Shown one piece after another: positions 1 to 13,415 of a DNA stretch of 64,000 nt. Source of the DNA: Podarcis pityusensis (lineage: Eukaryota); NCBI GenBank assembly GCA_964106645.2, contig OZ067038.1, one strand, 5' to 3'. Below the pieces are notes generated by a model. It saw nothing but the letters and a program-made list of their open reading frames with translations, searched no databases and had not been told where the DNA came from. The first letter of the stretch is position 1, and every line of letters starts with the position of its first letter. A program made the position numbers and the translations under genes.

Positions 1-110
1 TGGCTGCGGTGAGCCCAGGAGATTCCTGGGGAATGTCGGAATAAAGAACTGAAATGGACAAACCTGGTCTCTGTGTGTGTTTGTCTGAAGCTAAGTGAAG
101 CTACGTGACA

Positions 111-280
111 GTTTTCGCTGCTGTGTTCAACTCTGCTGAGGCGTGACTGGAGAGCTACTGGAGACGGAGCTGAGTGGCGCAGCTCGGAGGAAGCGCGCCG
201 GGCATAAAGAGCTAATTGGGGATCGTAAATCAATTAGCGGGGGTCACGCAAAATCAACAATTCCACACGAGGTACCACTG
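111..280. mobile_element. Right end of a Tc1/mariner-type element with the same TIR
   Basis: GAGGTACCACTG (269-280) followed by TA; internal sequence differs from the MITE; left end not in the window. Confidence 0.5.
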
Positions 281-446
281 TACTTTATGCTCCACCTTGA
301 TCACAGAGATCCTCTGATGGGACGCTTCTTGTGATTCCCCACACCTCTGAAGTTCAGTCGGTCTTTACTAGAGACTGAGCCTTTAGTGTGGCAGGCCCTG
401 TAGGCAGGGGGAGGTCTAAGCCTGATACTTCTCCACACAGCATATA

Positions 447-715
447 GATGGCCACCAACTTGGATGGCTATAAAAGAGGATTAGATAAATTCATGGAGGA
501 AACAGCTGTTGAAGGCTTCTAGCCACGATGGCTATGCTCTGCCTCCACAAGCAATGCTTGTGAATATCAGTTGCTGAAAACCACAGGAGGAAAGAGTGCT
601 CTTGTGCTTGAGTCCTGCTTGTGGGTTTCCCAACAGGCATCTGTGCAGCCACTTCGAGAACAGGATGCTGGACTAGATGGGCCATGGGCCTAATCCAACA
701 GGCTCTTCTTATGAT
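447..715 (+). mobile_element. CR1-type LINE 3' fragment
   Basis: GATGGCCACCAACTTGGATGGC...GGATGCTGGACTAGATGGGCC...CTTCTTATG; homologous copies elsewhere in the window. Confidence 0.75.
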
Positions 716-748
716 TTTATTTTCCCCATGCCATTGGAGGGTTAAGGA

Positions 749-1004
749 TGTGGAATGCAGGGCTCAGCCTTGGGTATAGTCATCCAGCCCTGATAAGACA
801 GGCATCTCGTTCTTCATCTCCTGCTGTGTACCTGACTCAGCTTCTATGCATGTGTAAAACTAAGGAAAGGAAATATCTCTATATAAGCCTGTGTCACCTT
901 GGTCGCTTCCCTAACGGCTGTTGCTCTTTGCCAAATAAACTTGCATCAACTCTCCTACACATGTTTCCTGGGGGGTAAGACCCTCTGCTAGTAGAGTTTC
1001 AGCA
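749..1004 (+). mobile_element. Possible solo LTR (~256 bp)
   Basis: TG...CA ends; TATATAA 880-886 then AATAAA 934-939; target duplication only approximate. Confidence 0.4.
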
Positions 1005-1790
1005 GGAGTATTATTGCCTTTTCTTTCTTTTTTTAGACATCTCTTAAAAACAGTGTTATTCAGGCAGGCCTTTGAAATCTGAATTTCTTTTTATTCAACC
1101 AGTATTTACTAATGTCTTCATTGATATTTTTAATTGCACTTATTGTAATGGTGTCTAATGCACACCACCTTGTTGTATTTCTATGCAAGCTTGGTTTATA
1201 AATATTCAACTGAATAAATAAAGTTTCCCATGATCTCTCTATTCAGAACTCAACATATTATTAACAAAAATAAGCTAAAATAACTGAACGTACCCTTTCA
1301 CGTTCCAGAATTGGTTGCTTGGTCTCTCTCTTTCTCTCTCTTTCTCTCTCTTTCTCCCTCTCCCTTCCTCTTGCTTTCCCACAGGATCCTTCAGGGGGCA
1401 GATACAAGCCACTATTAGCTGACCATTTGCCTAACTAGCTGGCTATGGGCACAGCTGAATCCATGGCATCTGAGGTTCATTTGGCTCTTTATAGGCAGTC
1501 AACGCTGCTGCCTAGTTCACCCGATGTACCTGGATACAAGCCAATGATGGCTTCAATCCAAATACTTCATCTTAAATGGGATGAGGATTGGGCTATTGGG
1601 TTCTGTTGCTTTGCCATCTACAGGGGCTTGACCACTTGCTGATTTCAACTAAAAGGAGTAAACTACTCTCAGAAGTACTATATTCTTAAATGTATCTAAT
1701 CTATCTTCTTTTCAAAAGCCACTACAATACAATGTACAATGTTTCAAATAAGGCCAAGAGACTAAGTACAGTGAAGTATGTCACAATGTT

Positions 1791-2138
1791 AGGTAAAGGA
1801 ACCCCTGACCATTAGGTCCAGTGTTGTCCGACTCTGGGTTGCGGCGCTCATCTCGCTTTATTGGCCAAGGGAGCCGGCAAACAGCTTCCGGGTCATGTGG
1901 CCAGCATGACTAAGCCGCTTCTGGCGAACCAGAGCAGCGCACGGAAACCCTGTTTACCTTCCCGCCGAAGCGGTACCTATTTATCTACTTGCACTTTGAC
2001 AAGCTTTTGAACTGCTAGGTTGGCAGGAGCAGGGACCGAGCAACGGGAGCTCAACCCGTCTCAGGGATTCAAACCGCTGACCTTCTGATCAGCAAGTCCT
2101 AGGCTCTGTGGTTTAACCCACAGCGCCACCCATGTCCC
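1791..2138 (-). mobile_element. Sauria SINE (lacertid POM/Squam1 type), near full length
   Basis: Minus strand starts GGGACATGGGTGGCGCTGTGGGTTAAACCACAGAGCCTAGG with B box GGTTTGAATCC; body AAGTGCAAGTAGATAAATAGGTACCGC; tail CCTTTACCT. Confidence 0.9.
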
Positions 2139-2811
2139 AGTGTACCAAGGGATTAAAGAATAGAATACATCTACTATCATCATGTGGCAGAACTGATAAT
2201 GACATACTTATGGATAATCCCAAAGATCTTTGGGCTATGGTGTCCTCTGGATTTTTGAACTGCAACTCCCATCAGCCCCAGCCAGAATGAACAATGGTTA
2301 GGGATGTGGAGAGCTGCAGTCCAACACATATGGAAGCCACCCAGTTGGGGAAGGCTGAGCATCATCTACACAACCGTCCATGTTTGATATATTGTGGTAA
2401 GCTGTTACATTGGAACTGCAATGGGAAAACAGCAGCACAACAGGGCCAAACTTAGCTTTCTAGGTGGTGTGGAAATACTTGCATAGCATTATAAATAAAC
2501 CCAAATCAGCTGCTTTCTGCACTGCTGTAGCTTCATATATCAACAAGCTCAAGGTGCCAGACACTCATCAGTGGGACTAAATTTGATTCCATTCAAGTCA
2601 TTGACTTATTTGTGTTTTGAATCAGACTGTAGAGGAAGTCTTTGGGGTTCATTCCCAGGGAGACTGTTCCTACACTATCTTTAAGTGACATATAGAGCAT
2701 TCACAAGTCATTTCTGCGCGAGAGAATTTTGCAAGAAGCAAGCAGAAACATTACTGCATGGTGTATGTAATTAGCCAGCACTGTGTATAACTGAAAGCAT
2801 TGCAGAAGAAC

Positions 2812-2813
<2 letters not shown>

Positions 2814-2850
<37 letters not shown>
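2814..2850. repeat. (CA)n microsatellite
   Basis: Read directly. Confidence 0.95.
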
Positions 2851-2852
<2 letters not shown>

Positions 2853-3392
2853 GGCTGCACCCCTGCTCACATGGCTCACAAACCCCACCTACCTACCTGC
2901 TACCCCCTTGCCAACCCTCTTTTATCTTGCAAACTTTTACACCTCACCAGCACCCCCCTCCACACTTCACCAAACTCTTTGCTCCTAGCCAGACCCACCC
3001 ACCCACCCATCTCTTCAACACCCTCTCTGACTTCACCTGGGCTTTCCTCTCTCATTTCCAGCGGTGGTGTGGGGTAAAAACTTCACACTGACACACACAC
3101 AGCAGAGGTGGTAACTACAGGGAGAGCACAGTTGCTGCTGCAGAGAAAGAAACACCTGCATTTTAAAATAAGGAGTCCTGGCAGCAGCATTCGAGGGGCA
3201 GCAGCATTCGAGGAGACTCCACCAGTGGCAGCGGTTGCAGGCAGAATGTGACCGCCTCAGCATTGGGCGTGGTGAAGGGGAGACTTTCTCCTTTCTCTTC
3301 ACCTCCTTCACACCAGTGGAGGCATCAGAAGTCAAAGAGGTCAAAGTGGGGCCTGTCCTGCACTTTCCTCTGCAGTTTGCTTGCTCTGCCCA

Positions 3393-3507
3393 CATGGGCA
3401 TAGCTAGGGGGCAGGGAGGAACAGCTATCCCCCTAAATCAAGTAAATCAATACAAAATCCTTAACTAACTGAAGCTCCCCCCCCCCCCAACATAAAGCCT
3501 GCCCATG
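3393..3507. mobile_element. hAT-type MITE family A
   Basis: TIR CATGGGC...GCCCATG; 8-bp TSD TCTGCCCA/TCTGCCCG. Confidence 0.75.
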
Positions 3508-5185
3508 TCTGCCCGTCACTCCACCTGCTCTTCCTGCCTGCCTGGGCCACCCACCTGCATCATACTGTAGTTCACATGGCCACCTATTGGTAGCCACGCA
3601 AACTGCAGCGTGACAGCAACCTTACTATACAAGCACACACATGCACGATATGTATATCTCTTGGTGCAAAAGCGATTCTGCAGTCTTTGAGAATGTCTAC
3701 ACAGGCTTCTCCTATCATGTTAAAAAGAGAAAGAACAAAGAAAGAAAGAATGGTGATCAATTATTCAATCAGTTCTGGTTAACAAATGTTGGCGCTACAG
3801 TATTTTCTGTGAATTTCTCAGCCCTACGAAGCATACACTTAGCATGGGAATGAAAGAGGGCCATTTGCTAGCCAGTGCTCTGTGTCACCCCAACCCACCC
3901 CTCTTGCACACATGCAGAGAGCCAATGAATTACCCATGCTGTTTACTAGATGTCACATGAATTGCCAATCAAACATCTGTGAAGCACAATATCTGCTAAA
4001 TGTTAGTCAAGGATCATTTACCTTCAAAGGAATTGTTGATCCACCATCGAAGCAGCTTATAAAATTAACTTCTTCTTGGGGGAAAGAACGCTACACAGTT
4101 TTCTTGTATTATCACTCAGAGCATCTTGTTTAATAGATACAAAAAAAGGGAAAGCAGAAAAGAAGGAGGGAAAGGGGAAAGTGATCTCCAAACCAGAATC
4201 ATCTCTTATTTCCTTTTTTAAGCATAAAATATTATTGGTACCAGTCGTGATTCTGAAATCAAGGATGATAATGTCCAGGACTGGCTTTTAAAACTGTTAA
4301 TGAGCACTGGCAATGTGAAAAAAGATGGATTAGGTAGATGTAATGAGATATGATTAAAGGGTGTAAGCACTGAAGGGTGTTGGAGAATTCTTTTCAGAAA
4401 GAATATAATTAGTGTCTTGTAAAAGTACTTAGTAGATAAGATTTTTTAAAAAGAAAGGTTAAAATAAACACATACGATATGACAAACCTGCTTAATTATT
4501 TCTCCCCTCTGGTGCTTTTATGTACTTAATAATCTGGAGAATTTTTCGAGATAAATAATGTTTGTTGAATATTTGTTGAAACTTCAACATGCAATTCAAG
4601 TGATTTTAATTGCATAATGCAAAAAGGCCAAGGGTAGGAATGTCCTCTTCCCTTGCCAATATAGATTCCTTTGTTGATTTATGTAATGCAGCTAATAATA
4701 TGCAACATACTCAGGATTTAAACAAACAAGTGAGCTTCTTGAAAGCAAACGTCCTTTTAAGTTGCTTAGCAACTTTTAACACAATTCTTTATTAGGCTGA
4801 GGGGCCCTGCTTTTTGGAGGTAATGATTTCAAAATACAAATTAGCCAACCAACATTTGGGAGCAGAGGAATGTTAGTTTCAAACTCCAGAGCTCAGAAAA
4901 GCTCAATACAGAGTTTCCAAGAATTAGACTTGACACAAATCTTTTACAATATATTTGAAATTCAAATCACTGCTGCGCAAAACTCCACAAAACAATGGCG
5001 GTGTGTGTGTGTTACGGTATTTTGAGGCTTCAAGTTTTCAGACTTAGAATTCTGAGTTTCAGCATAAATTTTAACTTCCTGCTATTGAAATTCATTTAAA
5101 GTACTTTCAATAGCAAGCTTTCCCTTCCCCTCACATCCCAGAAAAATCTGGATTTCATTTGACATAACTGACACCTATGCTTCCT

Positions 5186-5430
5186 TTCATGGAAGAGAAG
5201 GCCTTCAATGGCTATTGGCCGTGATGGCTATGCTTCACCTATACAATCAGAAGCAGCAATGCTTCTGGATATCTGTTCTGGAGACCACTGGGGCCAGGGA
5301 AGAGTTCTCTCGTGCTCAGACCATGCCTTTTGGTTTCCTACCAGGATCTGGTTGGCCACTGTGATAACAAGATGCTGAACTAGATGAGCCATTGGCCTGA
5401 TCAAATAGGCACTTCCTATGTTCTTATATT
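5186..5430 (+). mobile_element. CR1-type LINE 3' fragment (same family)
   Basis: TTCATGGAAGAGAAGG...GATGCTGAACTAGATGAGCC...CTATGTTCTTA aligns to 447-715. Confidence 0.75.
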
Positions 5431-8294
5431 TCTTCTGTTCTTATGCTTCACATCTGCCTGTATCAAGATTTTAGCATTTAAAAATCCATACCTGTTTGAA
5501 TAATCACAAGTACATGAACTTGAACAAACTGGGCAAAGATTAAATTGGTAATGTGCCTAAGAAATGGCTCTACCATAGCTCTCCTTTAGCTTATTCATTT
5601 AAAATATTCCTGCCTGCGTTTCCAAGGAAGGTTGTTTTCATTAATAAGAACTATTAACTCCATGAACGTATGTCCACGTATAAGCCCCAGGAAACTAAAG
5701 GAGCTTTTCTTCTGCTTAAATATACACAGGGTTATGCTTTAAAAAGCTGAATAAGATGAGCTGGCTCCAGACTAACAGTTGAAGCCTATGCATGTCTCCT
5801 AAGAAGTAAGTCCCATTGATTTCAATATGATATGTATTCTGAATCCAACCCAGAACAATTAAAATCCAGCAAACAACAAATATAAACAACCAGCAGTAAA
5901 GTGAAGGATTCAGCAGCATTCCTAGAAAGGCCAGGAGGAATAAAAAGTAGTGATGCCAATTGGACCTCTCTGGGAAAGGCATTCATCCATAATCTTAAGG
6001 GTGGGGGTAGCTGGAGCAGACACTGAGAATGGGCAGATTTATACGGGAAAGACAGCCTATCAAATCCTACCATTTGAGACAAAGCTGATTTATTTTTTAC
6101 TTTTATGTATCACCTTGCACACAGATCAATTCCTAGTTTAAAATCATTGCTTATAATATAAAAATGTATTGAAAGGAGAAAGAAGGGGGACGGGGGAAGA
6201 CAACCATGCAGGAGTTCTGGGAGAAGAAGATAAGAACTTGAGTCAGGTCTTTGGTATGCTTAACTCAGTATTGCCTCCAATGTAGACTCTACAGTGTCTG
6301 GCAATGGCTCTGCAGGGTTTGGGGCAGGTGTCTTGTACCGCCAGAAACTAAGCCTAGGACCATGAGAGAAACTGTCACAGTCTCACCTCTCCTTCTGAAA
6401 ACAGCCACCTAGAACAGCTGAGGATGGAGACTATTCTGGAAGCAGGGGAACCAAGCTCATCTTGGGAAAGAAGAGAAAGAATATATCTTTCTTTCTTTCT
6501 TTCCAACCTTATCTCAGAAAAGGTATCTCTATTGAGGCTTGGATAATGTGCCCAAATTGATTAAATAGCAGATGATTAATCAATTATACTCTGTTTCTGG
6601 TCTGGGGAAATATATTGACAGGTCAAGTGAGGAAGGACAAGCATTTGGTTGATGTTGCTTTTCTCTTTTTTTCTTTTTTTAGAACAACACAGCTGAACTG
6701 AAAGCAGGGACGTCAGTTGAGCTCTTTCCCAGCAATGACCCGCCATAGCCTGGATAAATTTTGCAGTTCCACGCAGAGGCCCTCGTGGTTTCTGGTGCCC
6801 AGGGTACAAATGCGCCATTGCGCGGCCCCTTTCTCTCCAGCGCTTCGCTTAAGAAACCTTCTCCTCTCAGGACAAATGAAAATGGCGTGGGAGAATCAAA
6901 GTTCTGGCTCGGAATACATAGCGAATAAATCTTCACTGCCTGTTTTTAAGGGCAGCTTCACCACCACCCCTCAAAAATAAAAACAATACACTGTTCTGAA
7001 ATATTTGGAAAAGTGTCAGCAACTTCACACCTCATTCTTCTTTCAGAAAACCAACTTTTAATCAAAGCAACCCCCTTTCCCGATTTATTTTTGATTTCTT
7101 TGGCGTGGCCTTCCCTGTTCTTTCGGTTGGCAGTGACGGGGTGGGTAGATAAATGGAAGGTGAGGCGGTGGGAAAAGCTGTGGAAAAACAGAGCCCTGGT
7201 CGGAATGAAGCGACCCGTCCGGGTGACTTTGGCAGCTGTGACCTTCAAGCCAGTCAAGATGAAGCATGACTTGCTGCTGGAGTGAGGAGAGAGTTGGGGG
7301 TAACAGGCCCCTCTGAGAGCCTTTTTAGAGGACAACTACTAAACTAAGCAAGCAAGCAAGCGCGCTGGTCTAAACTAAATCGAACCAGCCCTGCGCTTCT
7401 ACACTCGCAGTTGGAGGAAGTTAGGAAGGTCCAGGAAACAGTCTGGCGCCCCATCGGTTTAAATCACAGCTCCTGCATTTAAACCTCGCTGGTAGTAAGC
7501 CCCATTAATTTCAGGGGATCATCCCTGTCAAGTCACAGCTCGATCCTCCTTAAAGTTAGGCGGTCCGGCCCTAAACCAATTGCTTTCTATTGACTTCGCA
7601 GGATAGGACTGTAAGTATTGTTAGGGCTCCTGCAGGCGGAATTAATTCTACTGATTCTAAAGGAACATACTGTGTTCCGCTGAAATTGCTGGTGTCACTC
7701 TGTTCAAAGAAATCTTGGTCGGTGATTGCATTTATCTGCATATGACACGTTCCTCAAGAAAACTAGACAGTTCTAGGCTTACTGGTTTGTGGTTTCTGAT
7801 CCTTCCCAATTGTTCTTCAGGGCTTCGAAATCAGCTTTTAGCCTTATATTACCTCTCAAAAAGTTTTAGAGAGAAATGGTCCTTTGGCCAAAGTGACTGT
7901 GGGCAATACCTGGAAATACCGGGGCCCTGAGGAACTCCAGTGGGGGACTTGATCAAAACAATATTGAATCAACCCTTCCTGTTTTCCTTTGTTTTGTTTT
8001 TGATCTGCTACCCCTCCTTTCTAGGACGAATCAAATTGGACACACAGATCCAGTCCTCTTATTGCAAGCATTTTCTTTCTGAAGATATATTTCTTAACTC
8101 AACATGCTTCCGAGTAAACACTTGTTCTTATTCTTATTATCCCGCCTTTCACCCGAAGGTCCCAGGGCGGGTTACAACAATTAAAACACAGCGTAGATAG
8201 GATCAGGATGGTGTATCTAGCCTTCGCTTTCCAGGGCAATAGCTCAGATTGTTCCGTCTCCAATCCTGAACAAACTTACTAGAGAAAGACAGTA

Positions 8295-8519
8295 CAGTGG
8301 TACCTCGGGTTAAGAACTTAATTCGTTCTGGAGGTCCATTCTTAACCTGAGGTACCACTTTAGCTAATGGGGCCTCCCGCTGCCGCCGCGCTGCCACTGC
8401 GTGATTTCTGTTCTCATCCTGAAGCAAAGTTCTTAACCTGAGGTACTATTTCTGGGTTAGCGGAGTCTATAACCTGAAGCGTCTGTAACCTGAAGCGTTT
8501 GTAATCCGAGGTACCACTG
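8295..8519 (+). mobile_element. Tc1/mariner (pogo/Tigger-like) MITE, 225 bp
   Basis: TIRs CAGTGGTACCTCGG...CCGAGGTACCACTG; TA target duplications at 8293-8294 and 8520-8521. Confidence 0.9.
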
Positions 8520-8684
8520 TACCATGCTCCCGTTCGTTTTAAGCGATCGTGAACACCACTATTTGGCAAGAAATCCCATCGAAATCCACACTCTTCTCCT
8601 AATAGCTGAGGGCAAGTCAAGGAGGTCCAGCCACGCCATTCCGACGCATCTACCCAGACATTTGGTGGCTGAAAAATACACTCA

Positions 8685-8905
8685 GAGCCAGTATGGTGTA
8701 ATGTAGTGGTTAGAGTGACGGAATAGGACCGGGAAGTCAAATCCCCACTGGGCCATGAAGCTCACTGGGTGACCTTGAGCGAATCACTGCCTTTCAGCCT
8801 AGCCTACCTCACATGGTTGTTGTGGGGATTAAATGAGGAGGGGGCGAACCAAGTACACTACCTTGAGCTCCTTGGAGAAAAAGATGAGATATAGATGCAA
8901 TAAAT
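8685..8905 (+). mobile_element. tRNA-derived squamate SINE (Squam3-like)
   Basis: A box TGTAGTGGTTAGAG, degenerate B box, body GCCATGAAGCTCACTGGGTGACCTTG...GGTTGTTGTGGGGATTAAATG, A-rich tail. Confidence 0.75.
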
Positions 8906-11174
8906 ACATGCATGCATGCACACATACTGTTATTGGCAACCTCGAGATCACTGGGTGGAAGGATGTTTTTCATTGCAATTGCTGTTAGAACGCTTTTAAC
9001 TGTAACTGCTTTTGGATGTTTCGAATCGTAATTGTTTCTGGAACGCTTTAATCCGTTTTAGAATGTTTTGTTTTGTTTTCATTTTTTTTTTACATTGGCC
9101 GCCCTGGACTTTCTTGTGGAGGAAGGGCGAGGTATAAATCCAATAGACAGATAAATAAATAACTGCGGCTAGTATAAACGACCATTCCTTTCATTTTGCC
9201 CCCAGAACCCTCGATACTGCTAGAGGAACCGCCGGGGTAGTGCAAAGGAAAGTGACCGGGACCCCAGCGCGGATGAAATCAACAAAGCACAGCAGAGAAC
9301 CAAAAAGAGCCGGCTGACCCTTCTCCGCACGCAACCCCGCTGCGCCGCCACCACCCTCAAACTAGGAAATCGATTTCATGTTGCTGTTTGCAGCCCGTAT
9401 CTGTTTGTGAAGCCGGCCTCTCTATTGATGGCCAACGGGAAGGTGTGCGCCTCTTCTGTTGAGGTTCATTTATCTTTTCGTTTACACCGGCTGCTTCCAC
9501 TAATTCCGGATTGCCGGGCAAACAGAGTAGCCTCTTCTGGCCTCACATCTCGACTCTCGGTCCTATTAGCAGGTTGATCCTTGTTTGTTTAGACGTCAGC
9601 CTGCAAAATGTGCGAACCGCGGGCAAAATAGTTCGGCGCGGTCAGTTTGCACCCACTGCCAGCAGGGAAGAAAAGGCCGAGGGAAAGATTTTCCTTTCCA
9701 TGCCAAAACTAGGGCCCCGAAATCCTTTCCTTTCTCGTCGCTTTCCCTTTGTTGCCAGGGACCGGAATAAATGACCAATTATAGCTCATTAATCGGATTT
9801 ATTTATTTTTTAATTTCGGTTTGGAGCAGAATTCTTTGCCGAGAGTTCCCCTACTTAGCACCTGGTGCTCTAATAGTATATTTCCACATGGGTGCAGAGG
9901 CGGCACCCTCAAAATGAATCCTTTTGAAATCCAGGAGGGAGCTACTCCCATTCAGGTCTACTGAGGGTGGAGATGCAAGTGTTCACTGGTCCCATATCAT
10001 AGGATGAAAGGGTTTTAGCATTAGAGTGGGGCTCAACCGCCCTGCTCCATGCAGGACATTCAGAGCTACAATATCCACAAACAGTCCAACTTCTGCTTTG
10101 AAGCCTTCCAGCAAGGGAGAGGTTCCCTCGCTCCACTGGGGATACAGGAAGAAATGCCCATTTTTACTGAGAAGGAAGTTCCGCTGCTATCTGCATAGAC
10201 TTCAAGCCGCAGCGCCTGAGGATGTAAGTGTTCAGGTTTCCTTTGTATGCGCTGCGTGTTGCAAGCACTGTAAAGCTGCAATCCTGTGCGCACTTGTCTG
10301 AGAGGAAGCCCCAACCACCATGGGACTGAGTTTACTTCTTAGTTTACTCAGAAGTAACATGCACCAGGGGCTGCCATGCCGGTGCCAGCATCTCTGTCTC
10401 AGTCAGCACCACACCTGCAGTCCTGACGTGCTTGGCAGGTTGCTGTGGAGAAGGAATGAGATCGCGTCGGTGAATTCTTTTAGACGCTTTAAATAAACCT
10501 ATTTATTTTGCCAGCTATGACAAGTATTATTCTACTTTTGTGCTTTCAGGATTACATAATGTAGGCAGAAACCTGCTACTCTCATGAAAGAACACCTATA
10601 TGTACAGAACCGTCAGAGAAGATGCCTCCAGTCCTCGCGTTGTCTGATCCGCTCCCCTTTCCTTGTGTTTACAACGCGGGATTTTTGACGCTTCTTTATT
10701 TCCTCGGCTCCTTTGGCTTTTGGAGCCCAGTAGATAAATACCTTAGAATAGAAATAGCCCCATCAATGAAAAAAATGTCAACAAAACATACAATGTAAGG
10801 GAAGTGAGCAGAACAACTCTACCTACTAATTCTCCAATTAGAAATCGTAATGGCCACCATCCAGTGCATCGTTCATGTTCCATATAGCACAAGCCTATTC
10901 GTGTCTACTGAGAAGTAAATCCCGTTGAGTTCAATGGTACTTGCTGCCTAGTACGGTAAGTGTGTATCGAATTTCCAAATTCTTTGTTCGACTTTGGCCA
11001 TTCCATTGAAATCATGCCACACTAAGCATAATAACTCAGAAGCGCGTCCCCCGACTTGAATGGGATTTGTTCTTTCCGAAGCTCTATTGGGGACCTGCAA
11101 TCTCATATCCGTTGAAAATATGCTCAGTTTACTTCAGAAGTGTAAAGAGGATACATTCGGGGGGTCTTCAACAC

Positions 11175-11507
11175 CAGGGCTGGGGGGGGGGACTTTTTTC
11201 AGTCCCAAGGGCAGCGTTTCCTCATGAGCAAACTGTCCCGGGGCAACGTGGCCCTTGTGGGCATTGTCAGAAGTACAGAGGAGCCACAGGTGTGACTCTC
11301 ACCTTTGTTTTCCACATACAGACACACATATCTCATCCAGGCAAGCTGCTTGGCCTTCTCACAGCTCAGGGTCACATTCCAGCCAGGCAAAAGCACCAGA
11401 AGGGATTGTGGATCGGAAAGAGGTGTGGCCTAGGAAAACTCGGAGGCCAAATAGGGAAGCCGGGAGGGCTCCATTTGGCCCTGACCTTGAGGTTCCTCCA
11501 CCACTGT
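11175..11507. mobile_element. Probable hAT-type non-autonomous element
   Basis: CAGGG start followed by GACTTTTTTCAGTCCCAAGGGC; end GAGGTTCCTCCACCACTG. Confidence 0.4.
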
Positions 11508-12792
11508 TCCTCATACTCTCCCAGTTGGGTGTTAGGATGTAACTCAGGTTTCACTGTAGGCTGACCTGGCTGCATGCGAAGGATAGGTGGAGAGGAACCT
11601 CCAATCTTTAGAGACTCTCCTCCTTGTGACGACCTATTGATCTTCCTTCCCGATACTCTTGTGGTTGCTGGCCTCATGTCCTACTTTGTCTTCTTCTCTT
11701 CATCCCCACCTTGGGAGAGGAGACAGCTTTGTGTATGTCTCCTGCTGAGAACAAAGGGCAAGCATGGCTCTTTGTCTCTCCGCCTCAGTTAGATAAAACA
11801 TAGCACCTTTCCTATAAAGCATGTGTTCCATTCAAACATTGGTGGTGGTGCTTGAGATACCAGACCAAAAAAAAAACCATCCTCAGCTACCAGTACTCCC
11901 AGTGCCATATCTAGAACCTGTTAATCTAGAGTTCTTTCCATGTGAGCAAAAATTACACTTCATCTCACAGTCTAATCCCTGGGTCTAGCTTTGGAACGGT
12001 CTGCTTAGGAAATTGGGTTTCCTTTTTGTTGATATCCGTCTGTCTGGGGAAACAATGGAGGAGTGCGCCTTTGGGGGCGAAGTCAAACTGTTGGAAGGTT
12101 GCAGCGCCTGCTGTGGCTGTAGAGTCTGATAAGGGAGAGACATGTCTTGTTGCAGCTGGGGTAGATGAAGGCGTCCAGTTGTGCTGCTGCAGATGCAACA
12201 TGGCGTTACTTATCTCTGTGCTTCTCCCAGCAGACATTTATCCTCTGGTCATTGCTATGGATACACGACCTGACTGTCTGTTTCCTTGCCTTTAACTAAT
12301 TAGGTGGTGTGCCCTGTGCAAAATGTAAATAGTCCCTAGTCAAATGCTTAGGGAGTTTGGCTAAAAAGAAGTCCCCCTTGATTCAGTGAGGCCTGCTCCT
12401 AGGACAGCGTGCACAGGATTGCAACCTCACAATATAATCCTAGACATGTTAGAGTCCACGTAAGTCTTAGGAGTCAGTCCCATTTCCCCCCCTCAAGGGT
12501 AAAGCATGTATGCTGTATTGCAGCCTTAGAATTTGAAACGGACACGCGTTGCCTAAATGAGACCCTCACTTGGCATTAAAATGCCGGGGGGGGGGGAGTT
12601 GCGGGAATACAGTTTCGCTTTAACATCACACACCTAGCGGGAGGTAAAGGGGTTTTTTTTAAGTGATGTCAGCAGAGAAAACAGAAGAGCACAAAACGGC
12701 TGCCTGCGAAGATCTGCAGGATCATCTCGTAAGTGTGTCCAGTTTAGAGAATCCACCACCAGGTTCCCAGATCATTAATCGCATTGAAAGGG

Positions 12793-12920
12793 GAATCATG
12801 GAATCATAGAACTGCAAAGTTGGAAGGGAATCCGAGGGTCATCTAGTCCAACTCCCTGCAATACAAGAATCTCAACTAAATCATGCATGGCAGATGGCCG
12901 TACAACCTCTCCCTAAACCA
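12793..12920 (-). mobile_element. CR1 LINE extreme 3' end
   Basis: GAATCATGGAATCATAGAA...GTTGGAAGGG...GAGGGTCATCTAGTCCAAC, the classic CR1 (ATTCTATG)n tail in reverse. Confidence 0.75.
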
Positions 12921-13189
12921 CTCCTCTCTACCCTAAGAGTCCCGATGCCATTGGAGTCTAGAGCACATTTCACTAGTGGGTAAAGGATGACAGAGAGTTT
13001 TCTAAATGGGAGATCTGCTGAAGTTGAAAATGCAGTTTTAAAGACTTCTTTTCATACTATTTATCAACTTATAAATGGCCAGACATTTTTGGGGTGCTCC
13101 CAATACTCCTGAAACGTGCGGAGATGATGCCCGCATCTCTTAATAGCATCCTTGAGAAGCAAATGCAAAACCCACCCCCACATCTCTCT

Positions 13190-13415
13190 TTTTCTGGCTG
13201 TCAATAGCTCGTAACCACAGGGGCTATCTTTTGCTTCTGCTGTCAGAGACCGTATGCCTCTGGAGGTAGTTGCTGGGATTCTCAAGTGGCCAGAGGGCTG
13301 CTGCGCTCAGGTCGGCTAGCTGCTTTCCCATAGGCACCAGACTGGCAACTGAGACAACGGGATGCTGGACAAAGTGGACCATTGGCCCGATGCAACAGGG
13401 CTTTTATTCTGTTCT
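13190..13415 (+). mobile_element. Diverged CR1-type 3' fragment
   Basis: GCTGTCAATAGCT...GGGATGCTGGACAAAGTGGACCATTGGCCCGATGCAACAGG similar to the family above. Confidence 0.6.

Noticed and set aside
1-110. Possible LTR 3' end (AATAAA 40-45, ends TGACA)
   Set aside because: Truncated by the window edge; no PBS or TSD can be verified.
2040-2138. tRNA-like A/B boxes (also ~8690, ~42780, ~61270)
   Set aside because: These are SINE heads, not tRNA genes; no cloverleaf, and SINE bodies follow.
3181-3213. Short tandem duplications (also GCTAGAGGAAC x2 near 61578)
   Set aside because: Two-copy slippage duplications without motif or context; not CRISPR-like.
11520-12330. LTR-like, CpG-poorer sequence
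   Set aside because: No clear termini, TSD or second copy; cannot be classified.
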